From contig CM097888.1 in assembly GCA_044892525.1 (NCBI GenBank), positions 443,939-498,000 of the forward strand: 54,062 nt of DNA, in the 5' to 3' direction. Origin of the DNA: Schmidtea polychroa (Eukaryota). The notes beneath the pieces are model-generated. The model did not search any database, had not been told where the DNA came from, and saw only the letters and a list, made by a program, of their open reading frames with translations. Of the stretch, positions 1-11,780 are shown one piece after another. Within the stretch, counting starts at the first letter, position 1. Each line of letters opens with the position of its first letter. A program made the position numbers and the translations under genes.

Positions 1-1114
1 AATGTTAGCCAGAATCCTTGTTAAATTATTCATAAAATATGCCCATGCTCTCAAATTGCATAGAACTGAGCCCTACATTAAATTTGCGAGGGGGGGGGGG
101 TGGCATTGGATGAAAAGTGTGAATGAAAATTAACACTAGAAAGTGGAAAATAGTGGATAGAAGCGAGGGACATAATAAAACATATTAATGATAATAGAAT
201 TGAATATTGCACAATTCCCCCTGAGTCTGAATGGGACAGGAATTAATGATGCGAAATGAATTATGAATGGATCTGGATTGAGTATGGGCAACCGTAAGCG
301 TGAGCCGTGCGCAAATGTTGCTCATGATGGATCAGTAGGCAACATCTCTATGCAATGGCCTAATGTAGCAATTACTGACCGGCCGGCCGATGATCTGCTC
401 CCTACAGAAATGCCACATCAAATGGGATTCATATTCCAGCTTGATGATGGAGAGCCAGTCAATCTGATTTATTTAATTATTGTTCTTCTCCTGCGCGACT
501 TTAATTTCAGAGGCAGCCAAACCGCCGGCCGACTATTCCAGAGCAGCCGAGCAGAATTCTGATTCATTTGTGGAGATGGAAGGATGCCGTTTCAATTGTA
601 ATTCTAGACTGGGACATTTGTAAATTTTAATTTTGTTTAAATGATTTGATGAATCATATTCGATTTGTTTTTCTGGAATGCCGTGACGATTCATTATTTG
701 CAATGGGTTTATGTTCTTGGTGGCTTGTATGGTAAATATGTTATGGAGATGCTGGGGTGGGTCTCCTGATGATAATCATATGAGTAAGGCAGCATTATGA
801 CACATTCACACATTCACACATTCACACAGACGTAATGAGGTTTTGCACACAGAAATTATCCATTCCCTATACGCTTACATTCACCCCTTACGTAATCGAC
901 GCCAGTGGACAAAGGACAACAAAATAACAATATAATAAAGGGAAGTAACAAAAGGATCATTGCTGTTGCAGCATTTCGTTTCTCAATTACATTTACAATA
1001 CAATCAGAATCTTTCTTCATAGCATAAGTATAATTGCACCCCTCCCCCATAACTGTCATCACATGTTTACATTTACACCTTTGCACATACCACTAAGGTT
1101 GCTCATATATCCTT

Positions 1115-1727
1115 CATGTCCCAGCTGGTGCTGACTCCTTCATGTCCCTGCTGGTGCTGACTCCTTCATGTCCCTGCTGGTGCTGATTCCATCATGTCCC
1201 TGCTGGTGCTGACTCCATCATATCCCTGCTGGTGCTGACTCCTTCATGTCCCTGCTGGTGCTGACTCCTTCATGTCCCTGTTGGTGCTGACTCCTTCATG
1301 TCCCTGCTGGTACTGACTCCTTCATGTCCCTGCTGGTGCTGACTCCTTCATGTCCCTGTTGGTGCTGACTCCTTCATGTCCCTGCTGGTACTGACTCCTT
1401 CATGTCCCTGCTGGTGCTGACTCCTTCATGTCCCTGTTGGTGCTGACTCCTTCATGTCCCTGCTGGTACTGACTCCTTCATGTCCCTGCTGGTGCTGACT
1501 CCTTCATGTCCCTGTTGGTGCTGACTCCTTCATGTCCCTGTTGGTGCTGACTCCTTCATGTCCCTGCTGGTGCTGATTCCATCATGTCCCTGCTGGTGCT
1601 GACTCCATCATATCCCTGCTGGTGCTGACTCCTTCATGTCCCTGCTGGTGCTGACTCCTTCATGTCCCTGTTGGTGCTGACTCCTTCATGTCCCTGCTGG
1701 TGCTGACTCCTTCATGTCCCTGTTGGT
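1115..1727. repeat. GC-rich 26-bp minisatellite (CATGTCCCTGCTGGTGCTGACTCCTT), about 23-24 copies
   Basis: Directly visible head-to-tail units with no spacers. The unit is 58% GC against an AT-rich background. The period is not a multiple of 3 and TGA occurs on both strands, so it is non-coding. Confidence 0.97.
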
Positions 1728-4700
1728 ACTCAATTTGAGGAGAGAACATTCAAACCAGAATACAATGGTGTAATATCAGAAATGAAATCCCTTGAACATA
1801 TATTTACTTCATTTAAGTTTTAATTGAGTTTTATTATCTATAAAGGTTTATCTAATGAAGTTAATGGGGTAGGCAAGAACTCTTTCAGCGGCATGGATGT
1901 ACCAACTTGCATAAGGAGGATGATATCCGTATTAAATATGCATCAAGTACAAAGCAAAACCTAACCCTATTGAACCCCCCCCCCTCCCATAGCCACTAGT
2001 TGATAAATACGGGCACATAACAACATATTGGTTGAGGGAGTATAAGATTTGGTCACCCAGATTCCTGGCCTGAGGCTCAGAAATTATTAATTATCACAAG
2101 GCCCTCGATGGTAAGAGTGATTGAAGGAATTAATTGTGCTAATAATTTCCCCTTCATATCTCCATTGGCCTTCATCTACAGTTCAGTAGGAATGACATTT
2201 CATAGGCTGTAATTAATCATTCGGTGGACAAATGAGCTCAAGCTCACATTTTCTCGGCTTCAATTTTGTTTTGTTGGGATTTCTCGACCGGGAAAATATT
2301 TAATAAAGTCAATTTTCAATGTGTAATTTATCTCAATTCATCAACAGTTGGGTCTGACTCTATCCGGTAGGGAGCATTTTGTAGGGAAGCCTTTTGACAA
2401 AGTGATTAACTGGGCTGTCGAAACATTGGGGCAGGGAGGATAGTTGAATAGCTGTGTTTAATGAATAGCAGTAAGGAATCCATTTTCCTTTTGTCTTAAG
2501 GCCCGCCGGGACTTTAAGCATCACTAAATATATTTTTTAAAATTTTTTTATGTAATTCATTACATCAGTTATTGTAGACAATGGAGAGAGAAGGGAGGGT
2601 GAAGGAGGGGGGGGCGTGAAATTAGGCGTGAGGTAATTAGGCTTCAAGTGATGTTTTTGGCATGAAACCAAAATTAAAATTTATTTCATTCAAGGAGCGC
2701 CCGTTGGCTATGGCTTACCTCAATTAGAATTAATGGAGATAACATGAACCTTATACTATGCTATGCGCAGGTTATCGTAACTAACACTAGCCCTCCCCCT
2801 TCACTTACATAATTACCTTTTGATATTTAATTATGTTTATAAATTTATATTTTTGAGAGTAATTTTATTTATCATAATATCCACTATTATTTGGTTTTTT
2901 ATTTTATTTCTTCTTTTATACCGCTTTATGTTTTTCTTTATTAAATTGTTTAAAACAAACAGAATTTGCCTTATTTTTCTTTTTCAGATATTTATCGAAT
3001 TTAGTTATATTTTTCTGATTATTTCCNNNNNNNNNNNNNNNNNNNNNNNNNNNNNNNNNNNNNNNNNNNNNNNNNNNNNNNNNNNNNNNNNNNNNNNNNN
3101 NNNNNNNNNNNNNNNNNNNNNNNNNNNNNNNNNNNNNNNNNNNNNNNNNNNNNNNNNNNNNNNNNNNNNNNNNNNNNNNNNNNNNNNNNNNNNNNNNNNN
3201 NNNNNNNNNNNNNNNNNNNNNNNNNNNNNNNNNNNNNNNNNNNNNNNNNNNNNNNNNNNNNNNNNNNNNNNNNNNNNNNNNNNNNNNAAAACAAATCTAA
3301 GTTCTCAAATTCCCATTTCATTTACACGAGATTCATATTAGTGCCCCCCCCCTCCTTCTCCTTCTAGCTGGTGAGGAATTTGTTGATGCCGAATTGGAAA
3401 TCTGTCGAAGAGAAATCTTAATAAATCACCGAGAAAATCACAAACAATTGGGAGATTTAAATTGAAAATTGAGCTTGAATTGTTTATGAAACTAAAATCT
3501 CTCCTGGCAGGATTTGGGAGATTCTGTGAGAAAACAAATTCTTAGACAACTGTTTGAGTTGATTATTTGTTTACAATTGATCCCAACAATGACGGATTAT
3601 GTGAAATATTAATCCTTTCATTATATTTTCATTATATTTCATTATATTCTGATTTCCCTGGTATTTGACAAGTTTCACCATTATTAATTATGAATTGTTT
3701 AATAATATTGGCTTTGATATAAATATTAGTTCTAATTCCCTAGAGATATCCTTGAGCATGAAGGAGATATGAGAGATGGGAGGAGGGAGGGAGTGAGGAA
3801 GAGAGTTAGAGAAGGGGTCATGTGAATAGCTTCCATACTTTCTTTCAAGCTGTCTCGATTTCCTTTGACATAAGGTTCTGATATTTATTAAAAATTTGTT
3901 AATAATTTGTTTAAATGGATTGTTTTATGGAAATTTTAATTATTCAGAAATTTAACAAAATTATTTTTTGCTAGATGGGAATTATTATGTTAACTTTTTG
4001 TTGCTAGAAATTTAATCTTACTTGTTAATTATGAGCAAGGCCGGGTAAAGGATAATGGGGAGGGGATATTGGGGGAGTGAATGGAGGGGTCGGGGGGGGG
4101 GGGTTGAAGTAACATAATTGTGTCACCCATTATTCAGCAAATATTATGAATAAACAGACCTGGATTACAGATAAATGCGCCATAAAGCTCAATATTTGAA
4201 CAACAACAATTTATTTTATTTACTCTCTCACATTAAAACAATCTCAACTAGTTTTTCAAATATTTGTTTTCGAGTCCCATTTTACTTACTATTTTAATTG
4301 GGATGAAATATTTTCATAATTTTATTACTGTTTCCCATTTCTATACGGATCACTTTATGATTGACAAGCTCGGTCCGTGATAAATTGTTTCCCATATCAG
4401 AATTCTTGTTTTAATTATATACAATAATATAATTATTCTCATNNNNNNNNNNNNNNNNNNNNNNNNNNNNNNNNNNNNNNNNNNNNNNNNNNNNNNNNNN
4501 NNNNNNNNNNNNNNNNNNNNNNNNNNNNNNNNNNNNNNNNNNNNNNNNNNNNNNNNNNNNNNNNNNNNNNNNNNNNNNNNNNNNNNNNNNNNNNNNNNNN
4601 NNNNNNNNNNNNNNNNNNNNNNNNNNNNNNNNNNNNNNNNNNNNNNNNNNNNNNNNNNNNNNNNNNNNNNNNNNNNNNNNNNNNNNNNNNNNNNNNNNNN

Positions 4701-5494
4701 NNNNNNNNNNNNNNNNNNNNNNNNNNNNNNNNNNNNNNNNNNNNNNNNNNNNNNNNNNNNNNNNNNNNNNNNNNNNNNNNNNNNNNNNNNNNNNNNNNNN
4801 NNNNNNNNNNNNNNNNNNNNNNNNNNNNNNNNNNNNNNNNNNNNNNNNNNNNNNNNNNNNNNNNNNNNNNNNNNNNNNNNNNNNNNNNNNNNNNNNNNNN
4901 NNNNNNNNNNNNNNNNNNNNNNNNNNNNNNNNNNNNNNNNNNNNNNNNNNNNNNNNNNNNNNNNNNNNNNNNNNNNNNNNNNNNNNNNNNNNNNNNNNNN
5001 NNNNNNNNNNNNNNNNNNNNNNNNNNNNNNNNNNNNNNNNNNNNNNNNNNNNNNNNNNNNNNNNNNNNNNNNNNNNNNNNNNNNNNNNNNNNNNNNNNNN
5101 NNNNNNNNNNNNNNNNNNNNNNAATTGTGATTCAATTATGATAATCTCTTATAAACATGGCAGAAAGAAGAACATTTCCTGATTAAGTGGCGGGAAGGAA
5201 GGTAAGAGTAGGTAACATGGTCTTAATTATAAGTAATATAAATGGCAAGCAGGATGGCCCATATTTTGGGTCAGCGAAGTCATTAAAAAGGGTACAATAG
5301 AAGCTATAAGCTGCAATTATAAAATGGGAAACAAAGCATTTTAAACGAGTGGGATATACGTATATATTTAATAAATAAATAAACTTAAATTAATTAATTA
5401 AATCAAAATTTCAAAGATTATTTATATAAAATAATTTTCAAAATAGTAATTTCATATTAGCATTTAATATGCATAAAATGAAAGATTAATTATA

Positions 5495-6058
5495 TATAAA
5501 ATAAAAGATAAAATGCATAAAATAAAAGATGAAATGTATAAAATAAAGGATAAAATGTATAAAATAAAAGATAAAATGCATAAAATAAAAGATGAAATGT
5601 ATAAAATAAAAGATGAAATGTATAAAATAAAGGATAAAATGCATAAAATAAAAGATGAAATGTATAAAATAAAGGATAAAATGCATAAAATAAAAGATGA
5701 AATGTATAAAATAAAGGATAAAATGCATAAAATAAAGGATAGAATGCATAAAATAAAAGATGAAATGTATAAAAGAAAGGATAAAATGCATAAAATAAAA
5801 GATAAAATGTATAAAATAAAGGATAAAATGCATAAAATAAAAGATGAAATGTATAAAATAAAGGATAAAATGCATAAAATAAAAGATAAAATGCATAAAA
5901 TAAAAGATGAAATGTATAAAATAAAAGATGAAATGTATAAAATAAAGGATAGAATGCATAAAATCAAAGATGAAATGTATAAAAGAAAGGATAAAATGCA
6001 TAAAATAAAAGATAAAATGTATAAAATAAAAGATAAATTGTATAATATAAAATGTAAA
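5495..6058. repeat. A-rich 21-bp minisatellite (ATAAAATAAAAGATGAAATGT-type), about 27 copies
   Basis: The 21-nt periodicity shows up as MHKIKDE/MYKIKDK heptads in ORF 5513..6088 and in two antisense ORFs. The array degenerates at both ends and runs into (TA)n. Confidence 0.95.
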
Positions 6059-7055
6059 ATATATATATATATATATATCAATGAATAAATAAATAATCAA
6101 TTGAGCATGTTGATGTGAATGAAATGCGTGAGGAATGAAATCTCGCCTGCTGCTAATATCAAGATTTGTCAGTGCAAAATATATTTGTTGTTTAAATAAT
6201 AATGAAATAAATGCAGTGATGATTTTGAAATAAATTATTGAAAATTTGTCATTTTATATACATGATAACTATGAAATTCAAGGTAGCTAATAATGCTGAT
6301 CAAAGGGTGCAAGGGCATACCAAGCTAGGGTTCATAGATGGCTAAATAGTCGCATGGGAACTTAGATTGATTTATAAATATTGGAAATTGAATGTTTTAT
6401 GTGGCAATTAAGGAATGACTGAGATATCTAATAACATCTTTCCTGCAATAAATCAGGAATTATTTTTAACCGCTTTTGGTTTGCCGCTTCATAAATGTTG
6501 CCCTCATTACGAGGTGTCACAGATTCCCCTTTGCCTTTGCCGCTAGTAATTATCTCCGCCGGGAAACAATGACAAACTCTCAAACAATAAAATAAAGCCC
6601 CAGCAGAACAGAGAAATGAGGAGGGTTTAGGTCACAAATAAGCAAGAGATTATTCTTGTGTAAAAGCGGCTGCCTTGCAGCTATTTTTCTTTTTATCATT
6701 ATTAGATATTGCAAATCTGCACGTTTGAATTAGATGAATAATTAGCTGTTGTTTGTGTCTGTTGAATGAAGCAATGAATAAATATGAGGATATTTCACTG
6801 ACCTTCAACCTTCAAACATGATCTTTAGCTTCATTATCGAGGATCCATTCATTTATATAAATAGCAATATTCGTTATCAATTTGATAATTGTGTAAATAT
6901 AATTTAGATTACGGAATCCAAGTCTCCCACAAAATGTATCCATCTCCCCCTTCCTCATTAATGAATCCGCTTCAAGAAGTCCACCTTCAAACCGACCTAG
7001 TTTGCTCTTCATATAATCAGTTCAATAAGATTAATCTCCACTGGGTAGGGGTTAA

Positions 7056-7071
7056 CCTTCTGTCTGTGCAT
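7056..7071. repeat. piggyBac terminal inverted repeat (3' end of transposase)
   Basis: TTAA|CCTTCTGTCTGTGCAT, the exact reverse complement of 9603-9618. Confidence 0.96.
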
Positions 7072-7251
7072 AGTAAATTTTCCATAGTCTGTGCATGGGG
7101 TCAACCCGACCCCATATATATTTTAATGCTTTTTATGATCTTTTTGTTAAAAAATAGTCATGTTATTTTTATTAATTAATGAAAAAAACTTTTTTATTCA
7201 AAATATATAAGATTAAGATAATTTAAATTATATTATATTACATAAAAAAAA

Positions 7252-9126
7252 TTAACCAGACGCATCGTCTGACATAATTTCATTGTTTTCTTCTTCGAGC
7301 GAATCCATTACTTCTTCGTTGATACAATTTATGCAAACGGTTTTTATATGTGTTTTGCAAGATGGCTGATTACAAACATAACATCTTGTTCCTGTTTTCT
7401 TATCAGCGGATCGAGGGCAAATATAACATCTTGGTCGCTTACTGACAGATCTATTTGCCGCTGTTCCTTCGGCTGTTGAACTCTGTGTAAGGTTTATTAT
7501 ATTATATCCTATTTGCTGAACAGCGATTTTAACATTTTTTTTCATTGCCCGTGGGTTCGATATTCGGTTTAATATATAATCCTTTACCAATTGCATAGCC
7601 AGCTCCTTCAAAAAGATTTTACGTTCATTGCTTTTCCGCTGAATGAATAGTTGTGGATTGGCACATTTGTACAGGTTATAAGCAGCTATACCTGTGAGAT
7701 CAATCATATTAAAAAATAAAACCATTGGCCATCGTTTGGTCTTTCTTTTGCAGGTATAGGTACGAACTAATTTGTCGAGTGTGTCAACCCCTCCCTTCGT
7801 TTTATTATAGTCCAATATGATATTGGGTTTATTTGAATCGAGGTCAACAATATCATCATTGTGTAGAGTGGATAGTAACAATACATTCTTGTTGGGCTTC
7901 GGAACATAACTTACCAACGTCAGATGATCATCGAAGCAAAATTTGGATGAATTCACGACTCGGTTCTTAATTTCGGCCTTGTTCGTAAATTCTTTAGGTA
8001 GATCTGGTTTATTTGCGCGAATTGTTCCAATTATTGTTGTTTTTTTCTGTAACATTTGTTCTGCTAATGGACAGCTTGTAAAAAAGTTATCCATAGTTAT
8101 AGTTCGTCCTTTATTGATATATGGTGCTGACAATCTATGAACTAAATTTAATGCGTAATCAACCGCACGTACCTCATTCGGTTGCTTGCCTACATAAATT
8201 TCTGCTTTCAATGGGTACGAATTCAATGCATCGCAAATCCAAAAAATTTTAATCCCGTACTTGCCTGGCTTTGATGGTATATATTGTCTGAATGAACATC
8301 GGCCACGCGTTAATACTAGTTGTTCATCTACAGTTAAGAATGATGATGGTTTATAAGGTCCTTTGATATTTTCCAAAAACATATTCCATACATCACGGAA
8401 AGCTGCTAGCTTATCTTCCTTCAAACGTTCTGCTCTAGTTTGATAATTGTCGAAGCGCAAGAATCGTAAAAGCTGCTGCACTCTTTGTAATGACATTGCA
8501 GCCCGATAAAAAGGACGGTTATCCAGATGGTATAATTCATTCAATCTTTCATCCCAGTTCTTATGAGCCCCAGCGTATATAAGTATACCAATCAGTGCAT
8601 AAATTTCGTTTGAATTTGTATCATACCAAATACGTGCAGTGTTACTATTTATAGTGTAGAAATGCCGAGCTTTTCTATTTGTTTCGGCCACTATTACATT
8701 TATTAATGTCTCGGGAAGTATTTTTTTAAACGCGGCCAGATGAGTATTTATATTTCGAGCTGTTTCAAGAGAAATTCCTTGTTTTTCTCTCAAGATCTGA
8801 AAGTCGCGAACTCTAGTTACATTTGGTGGACTTGCCCTCCATTTTCTTTTGTACTTTTTATTTTGCGCGTAATACCAAATTCCTTCTTCTTCCACTTCAG
8901 CTTCTATATTTTGTACTTCTTGGTCTTCATCAGTTTCTATATTTTGTAGTTCTTGTTCTTCATCAGTTTCTATATTTTGCATTTCAACAGCAGCTTCATC
9001 TGTTGCTATATCGAGATCAGAAAAGTCACTATCAAAGTTATCATTTGCTAGCTCTTCCTCATCAGAATCGATTATACTTTCGAAAAGATTTCGAATATCC
9101 TGGCTAGTTTGTCTTTTTCGGGCCAT
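7252..9126 (-). CDS. piggyBac transposase (DDD catalytic triad plus C-terminal Cys-rich domain), 624 aa from first ATG
   Basis: Acidic N-terminus. Motifs LTVDEQL, KPGKYGIK, TMDNFFT and YNKTKGGVDTLD are present, with the C-terminal CYIC..RCYVC..SCKTH..CINC. The first true ATG (MARKRQ) is at 9126; the ORF-track start at 9144 is TTG. Confidence 0.96.
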   Translation of the reverse strand: MARKRQTSQDIRNLFESIIDSDEEELANDNFDSDFSDLDIATDEAAVEMQNIETDEEQELQNIETDEDQEVQNIEAEVEEEGIWYYAQNKKYKRKWRASPPNVTRVRDFQILREKQGISLETARNINTHLAAFKKILPETLINVIVAETNRKARHFYTINSNTARIWYDTNSNEIYALIGILIYAGAHKNWDERLNELYHLDNRPFYRAAMSLQRVQQLLRFLRFDNYQTRAERLKEDKLAAFRDVWNMFLENIKGPYKPSSFLTVDEQLVLTRGRCSFRQYIPSKPGKYGIKIFWICDALNSYPLKAEIYVGKQPNEVRAVDYALNLVHRLSAPYINKGRTITMDNFFTSCPLAEQMLQKKTTIIGTIRANKPDLPKEFTNKAEIKNRVVNSSKFCFDDHLTLVSYVPKPNKNVLLLSTLHNDDIVDLDSNKPNIILDYNKTKGGVDTLDKLVRTYTCKRKTKRWPMVLFFNMIDLTGIAAYNLYKCANPQLFIQRKSNERKIFLKELAMQLVKDYILNRISNPRAMKKNVKIAVQQIGYNIINLTQSSTAEGTAANRSVSKRPRCYICPRSADKKTGTRCYVCNQPSCKTHIKTVCINCINEEVMDSLEEENNEIMSDDASG

Positions 9127-9602
9127 GTCTAAATAACAATCCAAATTATTATATACCTAGAAAATTAGACTACACAAAACAACCACAAAAATATATAAAT
9201 ATTCTCACCTTATAAAAATAGTCACCAAATAGTTTTTTATATGAATATATAATTAATAATATATAATAATCCCCTAAAACACAAAGAAATGTAATACTAA
9301 ATACAAAATGGTGAGTCTTTTCGAAACTATTGATAAAAAACTATACAAAAGAAAGGAAAGAATATGATTTTGATTCAAAATGCATAACAAAAAAGTTGGG
9401 GTCAGATTAACCCCAATGCACCAATATATAATTAAATTGCTTAAAACTATCGTAGCTACGTCATATATAATGTTTTTTTGATTATTTTTTTTGTAATATG
9501 TGTGAAACCTTAGTTGAGGCAAATCTAGTTGCTTGACATAGTTAGTTGGTGTAAAAACTTATTATATCACTTATTACAAAGACTGGGGTCCTTTTTACCC
9601 CA

Positions 9603-9618
9603 ATGCACAGACAGAAGG
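9603..9618. repeat. piggyBac terminal inverted repeat (5' end of transposase)
   Basis: ATGCACAGACAGAAGG|TTAA. Confidence 0.96.
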
Positions 9619-11199
9619 TTAAAGGCTCCCTTGATAATATTTACAAATAATTAAACAAGACGGCAAAAAGAGAGGTGGAAAGGGTCATATAGAGTAAATG
9701 AAAGGAAATTCGATGGGAAATATTTCATTGATCATTCCGGGATTATTACGCATGGGCGAATTCGATGCAGATCTAATTGCCAATCTCAATATCTATTCTA
9801 TCAATGTACGGATAGGAATAGATCTGGTTGATATTTGACCAGTTGGAACTTGTAACAAGATAATATTCAAAGTAGAAAAAGAAATCTCATTTCTCTTTCC
9901 AGGTTAGTTTTGGATTAGTCTAATTATCCGCCAGGATGGCTCCGTGGCCAAGTGGGCAATGAAACCTACTGAATATCACGTTCCGCATCTAATCTTGTAA
10001 ATCTTTTGTCAACTTTCAATGAAACTTTTCCTTTTTCATCTGAAATGGCAGAAAAATTATTCATAAAATTTGATTTAANNNNNNNNNNNNNNNNNNNNNN
10101 NNNNNNNNNNNNNNNNNNNNNNNNNNNNNNNNNNNNNNNNNNNNNNNNNNNNNNNNNNNNNNNNNNNNNNNNNNNNNNNNNNNNNNNNNNNNNNNNNNNN
10201 NNNNNNNNNNNNNNNNNNNNNNNNNNNNNNNNNNNNNNNNNNNNNNNNNNNNNNNNNNNNNNNNNNNNNNNNNNNNNNNNNNNNNNNNNNNNNNNNNNNN
10301 NNNNNNNNNNNNNNNNNNNNNNNNNNNNNNNNNNNNNNNNNNNNNNNNNNNNNNNNNNNNNNNNNNNNNNNNNNNNNNNNNNNNNNNNNNNNNNNNNNNN
10401 NNNNNNNNNNNNNNNNNNNNNNNNNNNNNNNNNNNNNNNNNNNNNNNNNNNNNNNNNNNNNNNNNNNNNNNNNNNNNNNNNNNNNNNNNNNNNNNNNNNN
10501 NNNNNNNNNNNNNNNNNNNNNNNNNNNNNNNNNNNNNNNNNNNNNNNNNNNNNNNNNNNNNNNNNNNNNNNNNNNNNNNNNNNNNNNNNNNNNNNNNNNN
10601 NNNNNNCCAAATTAATACTGTTGAGTAGAACTTATTAGCATTTAATGAAATGAGGATTCTGTCCAAAATTCTGATTAAAATAATATTTCCCCCAATAAAT
10701 TCTCCCCGTGAAAATCATGGCGACATTTGTAACGAGAATTTAGTGGAAAGTTTCAATTTGTTTTAAATAATGAATTTGGTTTATTGCTGAAAATCAAATT
10801 TTGGACATCTGATGGGAGTCACGCTTAAATGGCACAATAAGTTAGATTTTTGATAATGTTTCCATGGATAATGCAAATATCTCTCCATAAACCTCTTATA
10901 ATGGATTTATAAAATTTGCGCTTTCCATCTCAGGGTATTTTTGACTATTTTCCAATACCTACTTTTTATTGCATCGATAGTACATATTTTCCTCTCAATT
11001 TCCTTGAGTAATATCTGCTACGGATCACGTACCCTAGTAGTACCTTGTAATACTCTTGTACTACCCTATAACTAGCTGTTCTTGTTGATTATATCTTCAA
11101 TTGTAATGTTAATACATATGAAAGAAATTTAAGATATTTTATGAAACTTTATAAGTTGTGTAGAAATTAATTAAATTCTTAGATTTGTGTTCACTAGAT

Positions 11200-11780
11200 T
11201 GATCTTGCACGTTGAAATTTGAATCAATTTGCCAATGACGTCTCACTCTCTTTCTCAGTGATATCCAGGTTGATATTATCTCCGTTCAACGAGTCAATGA
11301 TTGAATCACTAAAAGAATGTTACTTATCACACTTCATCGATTTTATCTTCTCTGTATTCACTAAATCTTTTGCTGTATGCTTTGGTATTAAAATTGGTTC
11401 ATCAGAATTCAGAAGAACATCTGGATCGAAATCAGCATTATTCAAACTATTCAAAACTAATCACAATAACCAGATCCATGAAAATCAATTTAATTTGAAT
11501 TAAAAATTCCAACAAAATTCGAATTAAAATCATAATACAAAGACAAACGATTCCAGAAATCGAAAATAATATCCAACAACAATACAAGAAACAAACGCGC
11601 ACACGGACGCGATCAAATATCAACATAAACGCGCGCACACACAATTCAATTCAACGGCACACACAACAGATCGGTCGAAACACTACTCTAAAACTGATCT
11701 AGGACTACTAGGGACTACCCTACCGACATTCAATATTAAATATTTTATGGACCCACGAGTTTTGGCATATACCAGATTCG
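11200..11780 (-). mobile_element. Possible decayed 5' end of an LTR-type element (leader plus broken ORF)
   Basis: The minus strand begins TGTCACGAA at about 11779. A GT-rich leader follows, then a stop-interrupted frame (LNSLNNADFDPDVLLNSDEPILIPKHTAKDLVNTEKIKSMKCDK*HSFSDSIIDSLNGDNINLDITEKESE). No diagnostic domain is recognised. Confidence 0.25.

Larger units (their letters stand above)
7056..9618 (-). mobile_element. Full-length piggyBac DNA transposon (2563 bp)
   Basis: TTAA at 7052-7055 and 9619-9622 flank perfect inverted 16-bp ends (CCTTCTGTCTGTGCAT / ATGCACAGACAGAAGG). It contains a single long transposase ORF and an AATAAA on the minus strand at 7193-7198. Confidence 0.97.

Noticed and set aside
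263-562. 99-aa ORF and neighbouring exon-like segments at the window start
   Set aside because: No recognisable domain, and no consistent splice phases could be built.
670-735. Kelch-like VYVLGGLYG followed by a GT donor
   Set aside because: A single short motif with no supporting exons or repeats; likely chance.
1115-1727. 26-bp repeats as a CRISPR array
   Set aside because: Units are head-to-tail with no unique spacers, there are no cas genes, and the context is eukaryotic.
7943-9107. Short + strand ORFs inside the piggyBac
   Set aside because: Antisense shadows of the transposase CDS with no motifs. The same applies to antisense ORFs in pol, KYNU and IFT52.
9938-10000. tRNA-like start GGCTCCGTGGCCAAGTGG (A-box-like)
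   Set aside because: No B-box (GTTCRA), no cloverleaf and no acceptor-stem partner downstream.
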